A DNA stretch of 64,000 nucleotides, taken from the NCBI GenBank assembly GCA_963783425.1, contig CAWANO010000018.1, positions 6,219-70,218 on the forward strand. Reading direction: 5' to 3'. A program made the translations under genes and the position numbers. The DNA is from an uncultured delta proteobacterium (GTDB taxonomy: Bacteria; Desulfobacterota; Desulfobacteria; Desulfobacterales; QNYZ01). How positions within the stretch are numbered: the first letter of the stretch is position 1; every line of letters starts with the position of its first letter. Below the pieces are notes generated by a model. The model saw only the letters and a program-made list of their open reading frames with translations. It ran no database searches and was not told the DNA's origin. Of this stretch, positions 30,740 to 39,951 are shown piece after piece.

Positions 30740-32989
30740 TCATTTCATCTCCATTACGATGTCGCCTTGCCAAGATTCGCCTGGTGGATGGTTGAGGAAA
30801 CGGCGGCACTGCTCGACGTAAAAGGAGGAAGGACCGTCGCGGCCGTTCAGTGCCATGGCACGTGTGAAGAGCGCCTCGGCCTTGGGCCAGGCGCGACGCT
30901 GGAACTGCTCCAGCCCGGCCTGAAACAGGTCGCACAGGTCGGCCAGTTGCGGGTTGGCGACCGCTTTGAGCCCCAAAAGCTCGAAAAGGGCCACCGGGTT
31001 CGATTTGCCGACCAGCAGAAAGCTGCCCACCGGCCGCAGCTGAAAGTGGTCGATGCCATCGAGCACGGCGGCTGAGGCCAGGATGCGAGTGCCCAGATGC
31101 TTGTTCATGCCTTCGATGCGCGAGGCGGTGTTCACCACCTCGCCCACGGCGCGGTATTCATAGTGATCGATGGCGCCCACATTGCCTATTTGCATGTGTC
31201 CGGCGTGTACCCCGATGCGGGCGGGCAGCACCGGCTGGCCCTGGATGGGTTTGGCCTGCGCGAGCGCCGTATTGATCTTGAGAGCGCTGGTGCAGGCGGC
31301 GTGACGTGACTCGGTGTCTGGCCCCGCGGTGGGCCACAGTGCCAGCACGGCGTCGCCCACCACGTCGGAGATGATGCCGCCTTGATCTCGAATGGGCTTG
31401 AAGATAATTTCATAGTAGCGGTTCAGGTAATGGCGCAACTCATCGGGCGGCAAGGCTTCGGCCAGTGGCGTGTATTGGGCGGCGTCGGCGAAAAGGCACG
31501 TGCCGTGAACCATGCGTGCATCGGATGTCACCTGAGAGATATCCTTGGCGAGCCGGTTGACTACCGTGTCGGGCAGGTACATGCCGAAAGCCTTGCGGAT
31601 GTTGCGGCGCTCGAGCTGAACGTCGCGGTGCTTGAGCATCAGCGCGCTCAGGTAGCCCACCGGGGTCAGCACCAGCAGCGGTACCGCCACGGGCCACCAT
31701 GAGTTGGCCGCTGAAAAGCGCCAGTAAGCCAGTCCGGCGTAGGCCGCCGCAATGGCCAGCACGGCCGGCAGGGAGATGGAAAGGGGCAGGTAGTAGACGG
31801 CAAAAGCGACCACCACTCCCCACGCTATCATCAGGGCGACCTCTGCGCCTTTGGGCAGGTGTCTCAGCCATGAGTCGTCGAGCAGGTTTGAAAAGGCCGT
31901 GGCTGCGATCTCCACGCCGCTGATGTCGGAGCCGTCGTCGCGGCTGTAGACGGTGTAGTAGCCGTCCTCTTGATCGAGCCGCAGGCGTTGGGAGAGGCCG
32001 ATGAAGACGATCTTGTTGCTGAGGTCCACGGCGGCCTTTTCAGCGGTGGTTTCGAAGATCCGATGGTAGGGCACGGTGCGCAAGGTGCCGGGCGGGCCAT
32101 AGTAGTTTAGGTAGCGGCTGTCGGCGCCGGTGTAGAGGGTGAGCAAGGCGCGCAGGGCGGCGTGTTGGTCGTGATAGCCCCTTTGGTTGGCTTGGGTGAG
32201 CTGGTCCAGCGCCCGTCTAAAATGAACCGGATCGCTGCGGCTAAGGCCCTTGAGCAGATGGATGGCCTGCAGCATGTTGCCGTTTTGCAGCAGGGCCTGG
32301 CGGGTGCCGGGCATGTCTGACGGCAGGGTTGCGCCGCTATCTTCCAAAAGCGCGATCAATGTCTCGTAGTGGTCGGCCAGATAGAGATGCAGGGCGGCAA
32401 CGGGCAGCGTGGGCATGTCCCCGGCACTGGTTTTAAACGACCAGAACTGGCTGACTTTGACCGGCCGTTTGGGCAGGGGGAATGGGGCCTGGGTTACGGC
32501 CGCACGCGCCAGTTCGGGTAGTGGCGTGATCAGTTTTTCGATATTGGCCGCGCCACGATGATCCTTGCCGGGAGTGTCGCTTTTCAGGGGTGATTTCTGG
32601 ATCTGGATGGAACTGCACAAAATAACGTTCCCGGCCTTGGCAAAGGCCTCGGCCAGGCGCTGATCATCCCGGGCGTTTTTGGGGGTCTCGAAGAGGATAT
32701 CCATGACGATGGCGCGCGCGCCGCTAGCGGCAAGCTGATCGATCAGCCGGGCGTGCAGCGTGCGGGGCCAGTTTTCGGGCTTGGCGTCGAGATCGAAGTG
32801 GTTGACCGAGGCCATGTCCATGGTGGCGATTATAGTCTCGGGTGGTGCCTCGCGAGGGCCGCGCATCTGAAACAGGCCGTGCAGGCCGACGTTCTGCGCC
32901 AACATCACGCCCAGGGGGGTTGCGCTGATCAAAATACCCAATACGCCAATGGCTATGCCAAGCAAGCCAGCGGCGATTGGTCGTTTCAT
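30740..32989 (-). CDS. CHASE2-domain class III adenylate/guanylate cyclase
   Basis: WPRTLHARLIDQL...IVMDILF and SGVEIAATAFSNLL (CHASE2); three TM helices; LFADAAQYT, VVGDAVLALW, RIGVHAG, VNTASRIEGMNK. Confidence 0.93.
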   Translation of the reverse strand: MKRPIAAGLLGIAIGVLGILISATPLGVMLAQNVGLHGLFQMRGPREAPPETIIATMDMASVNHFDLDAKPENWPRTLHARLIDQLAASGARAIVMDILFETPKNARDDQRLAEAFAKAGNVILCSSIQIQKSPLKSDTPGKDHRGAANIEKLITPLPELARAAVTQAPFPLPKRPVKVSQFWSFKTSAGDMPTLPVAALHLYLADHYETLIALLEDSGATLPSDMPGTRQALLQNGNMLQAIHLLKGLSRSDPVHFRRALDQLTQANQRGYHDQHAALRALLTLYTGADSRYLNYYGPPGTLRTVPYHRIFETTAEKAAVDLSNKIVFIGLSQRLRLDQEDGYYTVYSRDDGSDISGVEIAATAFSNLLDDSWLRHLPKGAEVALMIAWGVVVAFAVYYLPLSISLPAVLAIAAAYAGLAYWRFSAANSWWPVAVPLLVLTPVGYLSALMLKHRDVQLERRNIRKAFGMYLPDTVVNRLAKDISQVTSDARMVHGTCLFADAAQYTPLAEALPPDELRHYLNRYYEIIFKPIRDQGGIISDVVGDAVLALWPTAGPDTESRHAACTSALKINTALAQAKPIQGQPVLPARIGVHAGHMQIGNVGAIDHYEYRAVGEVVNTASRIEGMNKHLGTRILASAAVLDGIDHFQLRPVGSFLLVGKSNPVALFELLGLKAVANPQLADLCDLFQAGLEQFQRRAWPKAEALFTRAMALNGRDGPSSFYVEQCRRFLNHPPGESWQGDIVMEMK

Positions 32990-33446
32990 CGTTGAATCCT
33001 CTATTGCTGGCGACGACGGTTGCGAGGTGTGGCAAAGCCGGCCCCGTCAGCGGGTCGAATATGTTAACGTCAGATCATGCGTGGAATTTTTCCCGGACAA
33101 GCGACCGGCGATTTTGACGTACGCCCTACAACCATTTTGGCCATTGAATGAACGTTAAAATTTAAAATAAGGTTAACGGCAATGTGGTCGACGGTGTAGG
33201 CACCCGGCAATGATATGACATTGCAGGGAAGCGATGAAACAGTGGTCAAAAAAGGCAATTTGAAGTTGTTATCACGAGCAGTAGCGAGCAGTGATCATTA
33301 CCGACCGATGTTTAAAACCCTCATGATAGTTGCCATTTTATAAATGATTATGATTCATTTGTCAAAGTAATAGAGAAGAGAATGATGCGACGAAGCCCAT
33401 TAGATTTTAATGAAAAATTCAGGAAAGTTTGTAATAATCTGGATAA

Positions 33447-33481
33447 TTGACCCGGCGCAGTAAATCTGTTATGGTGCGCCC
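33447..33481 (+). promoter_or_regulatory. Sigma70-type promoter of the tRNA gene
   Basis: TTGACC-17 bp-TATGGT followed by a GC-rich discriminator gcgccc. Confidence 0.65.
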
Positions 33482-33510
33482 ACTTTCAATAGGTAGCTGA
33501 TCGATTCGAC

Positions 33511-33586
33511 GGGGATGTAGCTCAGTTGGGAGAGCGCAGCGTTCGCAACGCTGAGGTCGTGGGTTCGAATCCCATCATCTCCACCA
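33511..33586 (+). tRNA. tRNA-Ala (anticodon CGC)
   Basis: 76 nt; acceptor stem GGGGATG/CATCTCC with G3:U70; anticodon arm cagcg-ttCGCaa-cgctg; GGTTCGAATCC T-arm; encoded CCA. Confidence 0.97.
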
Positions 33587-33595
33587 ATTATATCA

Positions 33596-33620
33596 AGGGG
33601 TTGCAGATAGGGCAACCCCT
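33596..33620. terminator. Hairpin between the tRNA and the convergent MttB gene
   Basis: aggggttgc-agatagg-gcaacccct, perfect 9-bp stem. Confidence 0.65.
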
Positions 33621-35079
33621 ATCTTTCCCGCCTTGTCAGCCCGGCGCCTTGACGCCGCAGTTCGGCAAGCTGTGCCACGATGTTATCATTCAGTGCCTTG
33701 GGTTTATGGGTCTCCATGATCTCGTCCAGGCGCTCTTTGACACGCGCCTCCATCTCCTTGGCACCCTTGCCCTGCCACACATCGTAGGGCTCGCGCACCA
33801 GCAGGCGCGAGTGCCACATTTCCGACCTGAAGTGTTTCAGGGTGTGCGGGGATTGCAGAAAATGACCGCCGTGACCGACGGCATCAATCACCTCGGTGGC
33901 CAGAGTATCAGCATCGATCTTGACGCCCTGTAAAAAGCGTTTGACCAGGCCGCATATCTCATTGCCCATCACCAGCATCTCGGCCGAGCAGACCATGCCG
34001 CTGTCGAGATAGCCAATGTCGTGGATGATATTAAGACCGGCAAGAGTTTGAATTAAGAGAGAAAAAGTGGCATCAATTCCGGCCTGGGCGTCGGGGGTTT
34101 TGGAATCGGTGGCGCCGGCCAGCCCCCAGGTGGGCAAACCATAGGTCTGGGCCACTTCGGCATAGCCGGCGAACATGAGCTGGGTTTCCGGGGCACCGTA
34201 GGTCATGTGACCGCGCGCCATGTCGAAAGTAGTGGGGGATCCTCCGAAAAGCACCGGGGCGCCGGGCGCCGCCAGTTGGGCCAGCACCAGGCCCATGAGC
34301 GCTTCGGCGATGGTGAGCACGATACCACCCGCCACAGTCACCGGGGCCGTGGCGCCGATTTGGGGAGCTGATCCCGGAATCTGGGGGATGCCGAAGCTGG
34401 CGCAGGTCAGCACCTTCTCGGTCACATCGCGCGGGTAGAGCAGAGGCGAGATGGGTTCGGGGTAGGAGACGATAAAGGGGCGCTGGCGCAGGGCTTCCAG
34501 GCCGCCCGCCACCGCAGCCGCCATTTCGATTACCCCACGGTGGCCGCCGGGCGAGTAGGCGCAGAAGATGATCGGCTTGACCGTGTTTTGCACCACCGCC
34601 TCGAATTCGAACAGCTCGGCGCAGCGCTGGGGCACGTCCTGAGCTGTGCCCATGGGCATGATCCAGTCGATGTGCTCGCAGGCATCGGCCACACGGGCCG
34701 AAGTGGCCATGTCGGTGATGCGCGTTTCGTGGATCTCGCCGGTGACCGCGTCGCGGGTGCGCGGGCTGGCCGTGGAGGTGCCGTAGTAGCTCTTGCGGCC
34801 GGCCACGGTGAAACACCAGTTGCCGTCGCGGTCGTAGAGATCGAAGCCCTTGGGAACAGTGCCCAGGCAGTGCTGAACGATGAAACGCGGGATCTTGACC
34901 ACTTCGCCCTCGACAACGGCGCCCGCTTTTTTGAGCATGGCGCGGGCCCCTTCGTGCAGGATGCGATACCCGGTTTTTTCGAGTACATGTAAGGCGGCTA
35001 GGTGGATCTCCTGTTTATCGTCGTCGCTGAGCAGGGAAAAAAACGGTGTTCGTTGGGTGCGATAGTTGCTCTGGTTCAT
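33619..35079 (-). CDS. Trimethylamine methyltransferase (MttB) superfamily protein, non-pyrrolysine type
   Basis: IHLAALHVLEKTG, PISPL, GATAPVTVAG, TDSKTPDAQAG, GGHFL..HTL..FR motifs; no in-frame TAG in the ORF. Confidence 0.92.
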   Translation of the reverse strand: MNQSNYRTQRTPFFSLLSDDDKQEIHLAALHVLEKTGYRILHEGARAMLKKAGAVVEGEVVKIPRFIVQHCLGTVPKGFDLYDRDGNWCFTVAGRKSYYGTSTASPRTRDAVTGEIHETRITDMATSARVADACEHIDWIMPMGTAQDVPQRCAELFEFEAVVQNTVKPIIFCAYSPGGHRGVIEMAAAVAGGLEALRQRPFIVSYPEPISPLLYPRDVTEKVLTCASFGIPQIPGSAPQIGATAPVTVAGGIVLTIAEALMGLVLAQLAAPGAPVLFGGSPTTFDMARGHMTYGAPETQLMFAGYAEVAQTYGLPTWGLAGATDSKTPDAQAGIDATFSLLIQTLAGLNIIHDIGYLDSGMVCSAEMLVMGNEICGLVKRFLQGVKIDADTLATEVIDAVGHGGHFLQSPHTLKHFRSEMWHSRLLVREPYDVWQGKGAKEMEARVKERLDEIMETHKPKALNDNIVAQLAELRRQGAGLTRRER

Positions 35080-35154
35080 TGCATCATCCTTTGTGGCTTA
35101 ACGATAGGTCTTTGACAATGGAGTGGAAATTCAACGGTCGCTTGATTAGAATGC

Positions 35155-35573
35155 CACACCCCCTGGCCCCCCTCAAGGGGGGATTTGTGGGTTGGGATGC
35201 GGTGGGTTCTTTTGGCTTTGATTTCAAGTGGCACCGATGCAAGCCATAAATTCTGGTGGTTCAATCGGGACGTTGCCTTCTGACCTTTTCTCTGTGCGAG
35301 CTTGATCCCGCAGCGCCCGAAATTCAGATCTTGACCCAGCTGCCCTTAGGACCCAATGCGTCCCTGAGCTTGCTGTCCAAAAAATCTACCCTTCGAACCC
35401 ACTACAAATGTACCGGAATGCTGCTTAATCCAGTGTCCGTTTTTACTTGACCACGACACTCTTTAAATCCCCCCCTTGAGGGATGTCTAAGGCATCGCGC
35501 AGTTTCTTTTCATCTTCTGTGTTTGACCCCGCTACTCATTAAATCCCCCCTTGAGGGGGGCCAGGGGGGTGTG
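35155..35573. repeat. Three copies of a REP-like cccccc-ttga-gggggg palindrome; the outer two are inverted
   Basis: 35155-35186 is almost the exact reverse complement of 35541-35573; partial copy at 35465-35483. Confidence 0.8.
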
Positions 35574-38426
35574 ATTACTTTCCGAATCCTGCCCCACTGA
35601 CCGGTCCGCCACCGCATCGATCAGAGCCAAATCCGGCAGTCCCCGTAACACGGCTGTCAGTGTTCTTTCCAGGAAAATGGTTTCACCCGTAGCGGTGGGG
35701 GTGAGGCGATCCTGGCGTTGGATGGTGACTTGCCGTTGGCTGGTGCCGGCCGAGCGGCCGAAGCGGCGCACTTGCTCGCAAATCGTTTCAAGGGCGTGGT
35801 GATCGGCTTGGTCGAGGGAGGCAAAACGGCGCTGGTCGGTGACGCCCTCGATCTGAAATCGCCCCTGGTCATCGGGGCGAATGGACAACTGGCGCCGCAC
35901 CACCACCTGGCTGGTGATGGCGCCGATAGCGTTGGCCACATCGGCATCGTCGGGGATGACCGCCCGGGTGTGCAGCAGTTCGGCGGCGGCTGGCAGAAAA
36001 CGGGCCACGGGTGCGCCGATGCCGACAATGGGGAATTTGAGGGTGAAGTCGACCTCAAAATGGGTGCCGCCATGCCCCAGCATCCTATCCAGGAAGGCCT
36101 CGTTTGGCGGGCTAAGCAAATCCACTGACGCCAGCTCGCGGGCCATCAAGGCCACGGCCAGCCGCCGGGTGACTTCGTCCAGCAGGTCTATTGCCAGCCG
36201 ATCCAGCGGCCACCCGCACAGATCGGCGATTAAGCGGGCCATGCGCCGCGCCGATTTTTGATCCCAGCGGGTGAAATCCCCGCTGGCGTGAAGCAAGTCA
36301 GTGGGGGTGAGGCCGCCGCGCTGAACGAGATGGCGCGCCTCGAGCTCTTGAAGGCTGCGCAGGGTCGGGTGCAGGGCATTGGTGGTGCGGCTCAGTTCGG
36401 CCAAACTGTGGGGTCTCTGCCGCAGCAGGTCAAACACAACAGCCTGGGCGGGGGCCAGTTTTTGGTCTTGCGGGTGGCCAGTGGCGAAAAAGAGCCACAT
36501 GTTGCGGGGCGGCTGCCGCTCGGCGGTGGGGGTGGCCTCAAGATAATCGAGCGCCTCGACGGTTCGGGGCTGATGACTGGCCAGGCGCGCCACCGGCACC
36601 ACGCGACGGGGCCCGACTTCGAATCTTCCCTGTTCGTAGGTGATAAGGCTGTCGCCACCCAGCCCACTGGTGTTGATGGCGAGGGCCTGCACATGGGTTT
36701 GGACGCCGTTGATTCTGGCCCCTTGTTCGACAATCTGGACCTCTCCGTCGACGAGGGTGGCCAAATCGGTGGTAGTACCGCCCATGTCGGCCACAACGGC
36801 ATGCTGCAGGCCGGTCAGAAAACGAGCCCCGGCCACACTGGCCGCCGGGCCGGACAAAATGGTCTCCACGGGGCGCTGGCGCGCCACGGCGCTGGTGATC
36901 AGGGAGCCGTCGCCCTTGACGATCACCATGGGGGCGGAAACCCCTGAATCGGCCAGGGTGGCAGCCAGGTCGTCTATAAAGCGCACCAGACGCGGCACGA
37001 TACGGGCATTTAACAGGGCGGTTTCGGCCCGGGTTTTGAAATTGAGCAATTGCGACAGTTCGTGGCCGCAGCAGACAAAAGCGCCAGTTTCAGCAGTGAT
37101 GACACGCTTGACCTGAAGCTCATGGAGCGGGTTGATCGCACCGGCGTAGCCCGACACGGCAAAGACGCGCAGGCGATGCCGGTGCATCATGCCATGAACG
37201 ATGCCAATCACTTGTGCTTCGTCCACGGGAACCTCTTCCCGGCCGGCGATGGTCATACGACCGGTAATGACCGCTTGGGGACGATGGCTGATTTCGATGC
37301 GTTCGGTAAAACCCGGCGGCGGCATGAGCAGCAGGCCCACCGGCTGTCCCTCGCCCTCGACGATGGCGTTGGTGGCCAGAGTGGTGGAAACGGCCACCAG
37401 TTGCACCTGTTCGAGCAGCCGGCGATCCAGCCCGGACAAGGCGGCGGCGATGCCTTGCGCAAAACGCCAGCGGGTGGTGAGGGCTTTGTTTTTGGCCATC
37501 ACCGTGCGGCGGCGCAGATCGTAGATGACCGTATCGGTATAGGTGCCGCCGGCATCGATACCGAGGCCGATGGTGATAGGCGCGCCGTCGGAAGCTTGCG
37601 GCGTTGGATCGCCGACCACTTCAATGGCGCGTGGAGCGGCCGTGTCGGCGCTGGCATTGTCGATGGGTTTGGCGCCAAGGCCGCCGCGGTGCGGGTCGAA
37701 AGTGGTGACATGGCCCGGGGCCACACGTAAAATCTCCGCTGTTCCTTCATCAGCGCTGAGCAGGGTCCGCAGTAAACGGGTGCTGCCCGTCAGGCGTTCG
37801 TAGTGCCAGCCGTACATTTCAGCCATCGCTTTGGCGTGGGTCGCGTATCTGGCTTGTTCGCCGATACCGGTGTCGATGAAGGCCGCGCGCTGATAGTTGC
37901 GTTGCCAGCTGCTGAAAAAATCGAACAGGTGACGGGCGGCATCCTCACCGTACTTCTCGATCAACTGATCGAGATAAACGCGCTGGCCCTCGATGGTGAC
38001 ATGGGGTGTTTTTTGCGACAATGGTTCGGTCTTTTCCTCGAACCAGCCGGCCGATATGTAGTAGGTGCCCGGGCAACGCTTGAACTGCCGCCGATAGGCA
38101 GCATCGCCCCCCAAAAAAAGGGCGATGCAATCGTGAACCCTGGGGATGTAAAGTGGCACCCGGCGGGCTCTCAACCCCACCGTGCCGCGGCCGCAAATGC
38201 CGTAGCCGATCACCACGCGGTCCCAGAGCTGGGGTGCGTCGGTCTCGTCGATGATGGCCTGCAAACGTTCCCGCAGCGCCTTGGGGTCCTCGTGCAGTCC
38301 GCCGGGCAGAAAGCGGGTGTCGATCTGCTGGGCCATCTCCTTGGCCAGTCGGCCAATATCCATGGCCAGCACGCCGCATGCGACGACCAGCGATTTGGGG
38401 TGTGATGGTTGGGAACTGACGGGCAA
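35532..38426 (-). CDS. DUF1638 domain fused to a hydantoinase/oxoprolinase A-type domain
   Basis: N-terminal VVACGVL, GLHEDP, GYGICG, PRVHDCIALFLG (DUF1638); then GIDAGGTYTD, STTLATNAIVEG, ILSGPAASV, DMGGTTTD, GLGGDS. Confidence 0.88.
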   Translation of the reverse strand: MPVSSQPSHPKSLVVACGVLAMDIGRLAKEMAQQIDTRFLPGGLHEDPKALRERLQAIIDETDAPQLWDRVVIGYGICGRGTVGLRARRVPLYIPRVHDCIALFLGGDAAYRRQFKRCPGTYYISAGWFEEKTEPLSQKTPHVTIEGQRVYLDQLIEKYGEDAARHLFDFFSSWQRNYQRAAFIDTGIGEQARYATHAKAMAEMYGWHYERLTGSTRLLRTLLSADEGTAEILRVAPGHVTTFDPHRGGLGAKPIDNASADTAAPRAIEVVGDPTPQASDGAPITIGLGIDAGGTYTDTVIYDLRRRTVMAKNKALTTRWRFAQGIAAALSGLDRRLLEQVQLVAVSTTLATNAIVEGEGQPVGLLLMPPPGFTERIEISHRPQAVITGRMTIAGREEVPVDEAQVIGIVHGMMHRHRLRVFAVSGYAGAINPLHELQVKRVITAETGAFVCCGHELSQLLNFKTRAETALLNARIVPRLVRFIDDLAATLADSGVSAPMVIVKGDGSLITSAVARQRPVETILSGPAASVAGARFLTGLQHAVVADMGGTTTDLATLVDGEVQIVEQGARINGVQTHVQALAINTSGLGGDSLITYEQGRFEVGPRRVVPVARLASHQPRTVEALDYLEATPTAERQPPRNMWLFFATGHPQDQKLAPAQAVVFDLLRQRPHSLAELSRTTNALHPTLRSLQELEARHLVQRGGLTPTDLLHASGDFTRWDQKSARRMARLIADLCGWPLDRLAIDLLDEVTRRLAVALMARELASVDLLSPPNEAFLDRMLGHGGTHFEVDFTLKFPIVGIGAPVARFLPAAAELLHTRAVIPDDADVANAIGAITSQVVVRRQLSIRPDDQGRFQIEGVTDQRRFASLDQADHHALETICEQVRRFGRSAGTSQRQVTIQRQDRLTPTATGETIFLERTLTAVLRGLPDLALIDAVADRSVGQDSESNHTPLAPLKGGFNE

Positions 38427-38627
38427 TGGTCTTCTTTTTGACGATACTCAGGGTTTAGTGGTTCGGTTCCTATTTACCACTTAAGGCTTCAGGCTGTCGT
38501 GCAAATAATAGTGACAACACAGTTGATATCTCCCTCCCAACCGGTCAGCTTATGTTTGTTGCAATCACTCTCAATGAACAAGACTATAAGGTCTCATTAT
38601 GATTTCTAACACCTGGTATCCGAACGA

Positions 38628-39515
38628 TCAGGTTTTACCTATTCCGAGCACCTCTCGACAAAACCGGACACTGCGCCGGACGGCATCGCGCTCCATTTGC
38701 AGGGTTTGTTCCTTGTCGTCCAAGGGCAGGGCCATTTCGTTTTCGATGATGATGCGCTTAGCCGGTGAGTGGGCTTTGATCAGTTGATAGGCGCGCTTCA
38801 GGTCGATGTCTCCCTCACCCAGGGCGGCGCCCACGATCTTGCAGCCGTAAGGCTGGAATTCGATTCGATGGTCTTTAAAGTGGTTGCTGAAGGCACGGGG
38901 CGCCAGCCTGGCAATGGCCTGCATGGGGTCTTCGGTGACCATCAGGGCGTTGACGGTATCGATGCAAGCGCCTACCCAGGGGCTGTCGATGCGATCGAGA
39001 AACCACAACAGTTCGTCGGCAAAAGTGTCGCAATGGTTTTCAAAAGCCAGGCGCACGCCGGCATCAATGGCGCGGGGCAGGTGGCGTCGCACCCTTGCCA
39101 CGACGGTCTCGAGCTGCGCTAACACTTGCGGATGAAATCGGCTTGCGGCGACGGGGCGCGGGCGGGCGATATCCATGCTGACCTTGAGCACATCGGCCCC
39201 CAAAGCGGCGGCAGTGGCGATGGCATCGTCGAGGGCGTGCTGAACGCCCACGCCGCGCCCCACCAAATCCATGGAGAAGTTGTACTCGATAAAGAGCGCG
39301 TGCGCCTCGGCCTGGGCACGCACTTCCCTCAAATAGGCGGGGTCGAGGTGCTCGAGAACGCCGTCGTCGATCTGAATCCCCTCCAGACCCAAAGCGGGCA
39401 ACAGATCGAGCAGCTCAAATGTGCTGAGCTGCCGGGGCCAGGGCAACTTGAATCCGCCCCAGGCCTGGCCGATGCCGTGGTGGTAGAGACTGTAGGTGTG
39501 CAGACCGAGTTTCAT
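38628..39515 (-). CDS. Sugar phosphate isomerase/epimerase (xylose-isomerase-like TIM barrel) family protein
   Basis: LAFENH, CIDTVN, HFKD, LGEGDID, IIIENE metal-binding motifs. Confidence 0.85.
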   Translation of the reverse strand: MKLGLHTYSLYHHGIGQAWGGFKLPWPRQLSTFELLDLLPALGLEGIQIDDGVLEHLDPAYLREVRAQAEAHALFIEYNFSMDLVGRGVGVQHALDDAIATAAALGADVLKVSMDIARPRPVAASRFHPQVLAQLETVVARVRRHLPRAIDAGVRLAFENHCDTFADELLWFLDRIDSPWVGACIDTVNALMVTEDPMQAIARLAPRAFSNHFKDHRIEFQPYGCKIVGAALGEGDIDLKRAYQLIKAHSPAKRIIIENEMALPLDDKEQTLQMERDAVRRSVRFCREVLGIGKT

Positions 39516-39789
39516 GTTGGCTTAAGTGGGCTGAGGTTATGGCGATGCGATATTCGGGAGCTTCTCGTCATTTCGGGTGAATCGGTTCCTTGTCATTGCA
39601 AGACACCGATAGGCGACGGAGCAATCACCCTTGCGTCTTTGAAAATGAATAGGCGGGTACGCCGCCCCAAGTCGTATAGTGGCATCCAAGCGCCCGGGGG
39701 TCAAGCTTCTCTCACGCGGCTCGAATTCCCTTGAGTTTCGCCGGGCAAGACGCTACCATTTATCTTAACCGCAGCCTCGCACTCATGCC

Positions 39790-39916
39790 TTCAGCCCGTA
39801 ACCTCAATGCCATGGAAGGGGCTATCGCCCACTACCGCAACAACACCCAGGGCGACTACATCACCATTCCATACCTGGTGCAGACGGGATTGATCGACAA
39901 CGTCGCAGGCGTTTGA
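39790..39916 (+). pseudogene. hutU: 3'-terminal remnant of a long-type urocanate hydratase
   Basis: SARNLNAMEGAI...GDYITIPYLV resembles the WARNxxA...HITLPY C-terminus of long-form urocanases; lies immediately upstream of the formiminotransferase gene. Confidence 0.6.
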
Positions 39917-39951
39917 GGGCAACCTTAATAAAGATCATAGGAGTTATCGAT

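Noticed and set aside
30726..30935. ORF-track N-terminal extension of the FecR-TPR-barrel protein
   Set aside because: Overlaps the cyclase gene; the RBS and signal peptide point to the GTG at 30725
33511..33660. tRNA-Ala as the attachment site of an integrated element
   Set aside because: No integrase and no duplicated tRNA 3' end found in the window
33619..35079. Pyrrolysine recoding in the MttB homolog
   Set aside because: The ORF is open end to end with no internal amber codon, and no pyl genes are nearby
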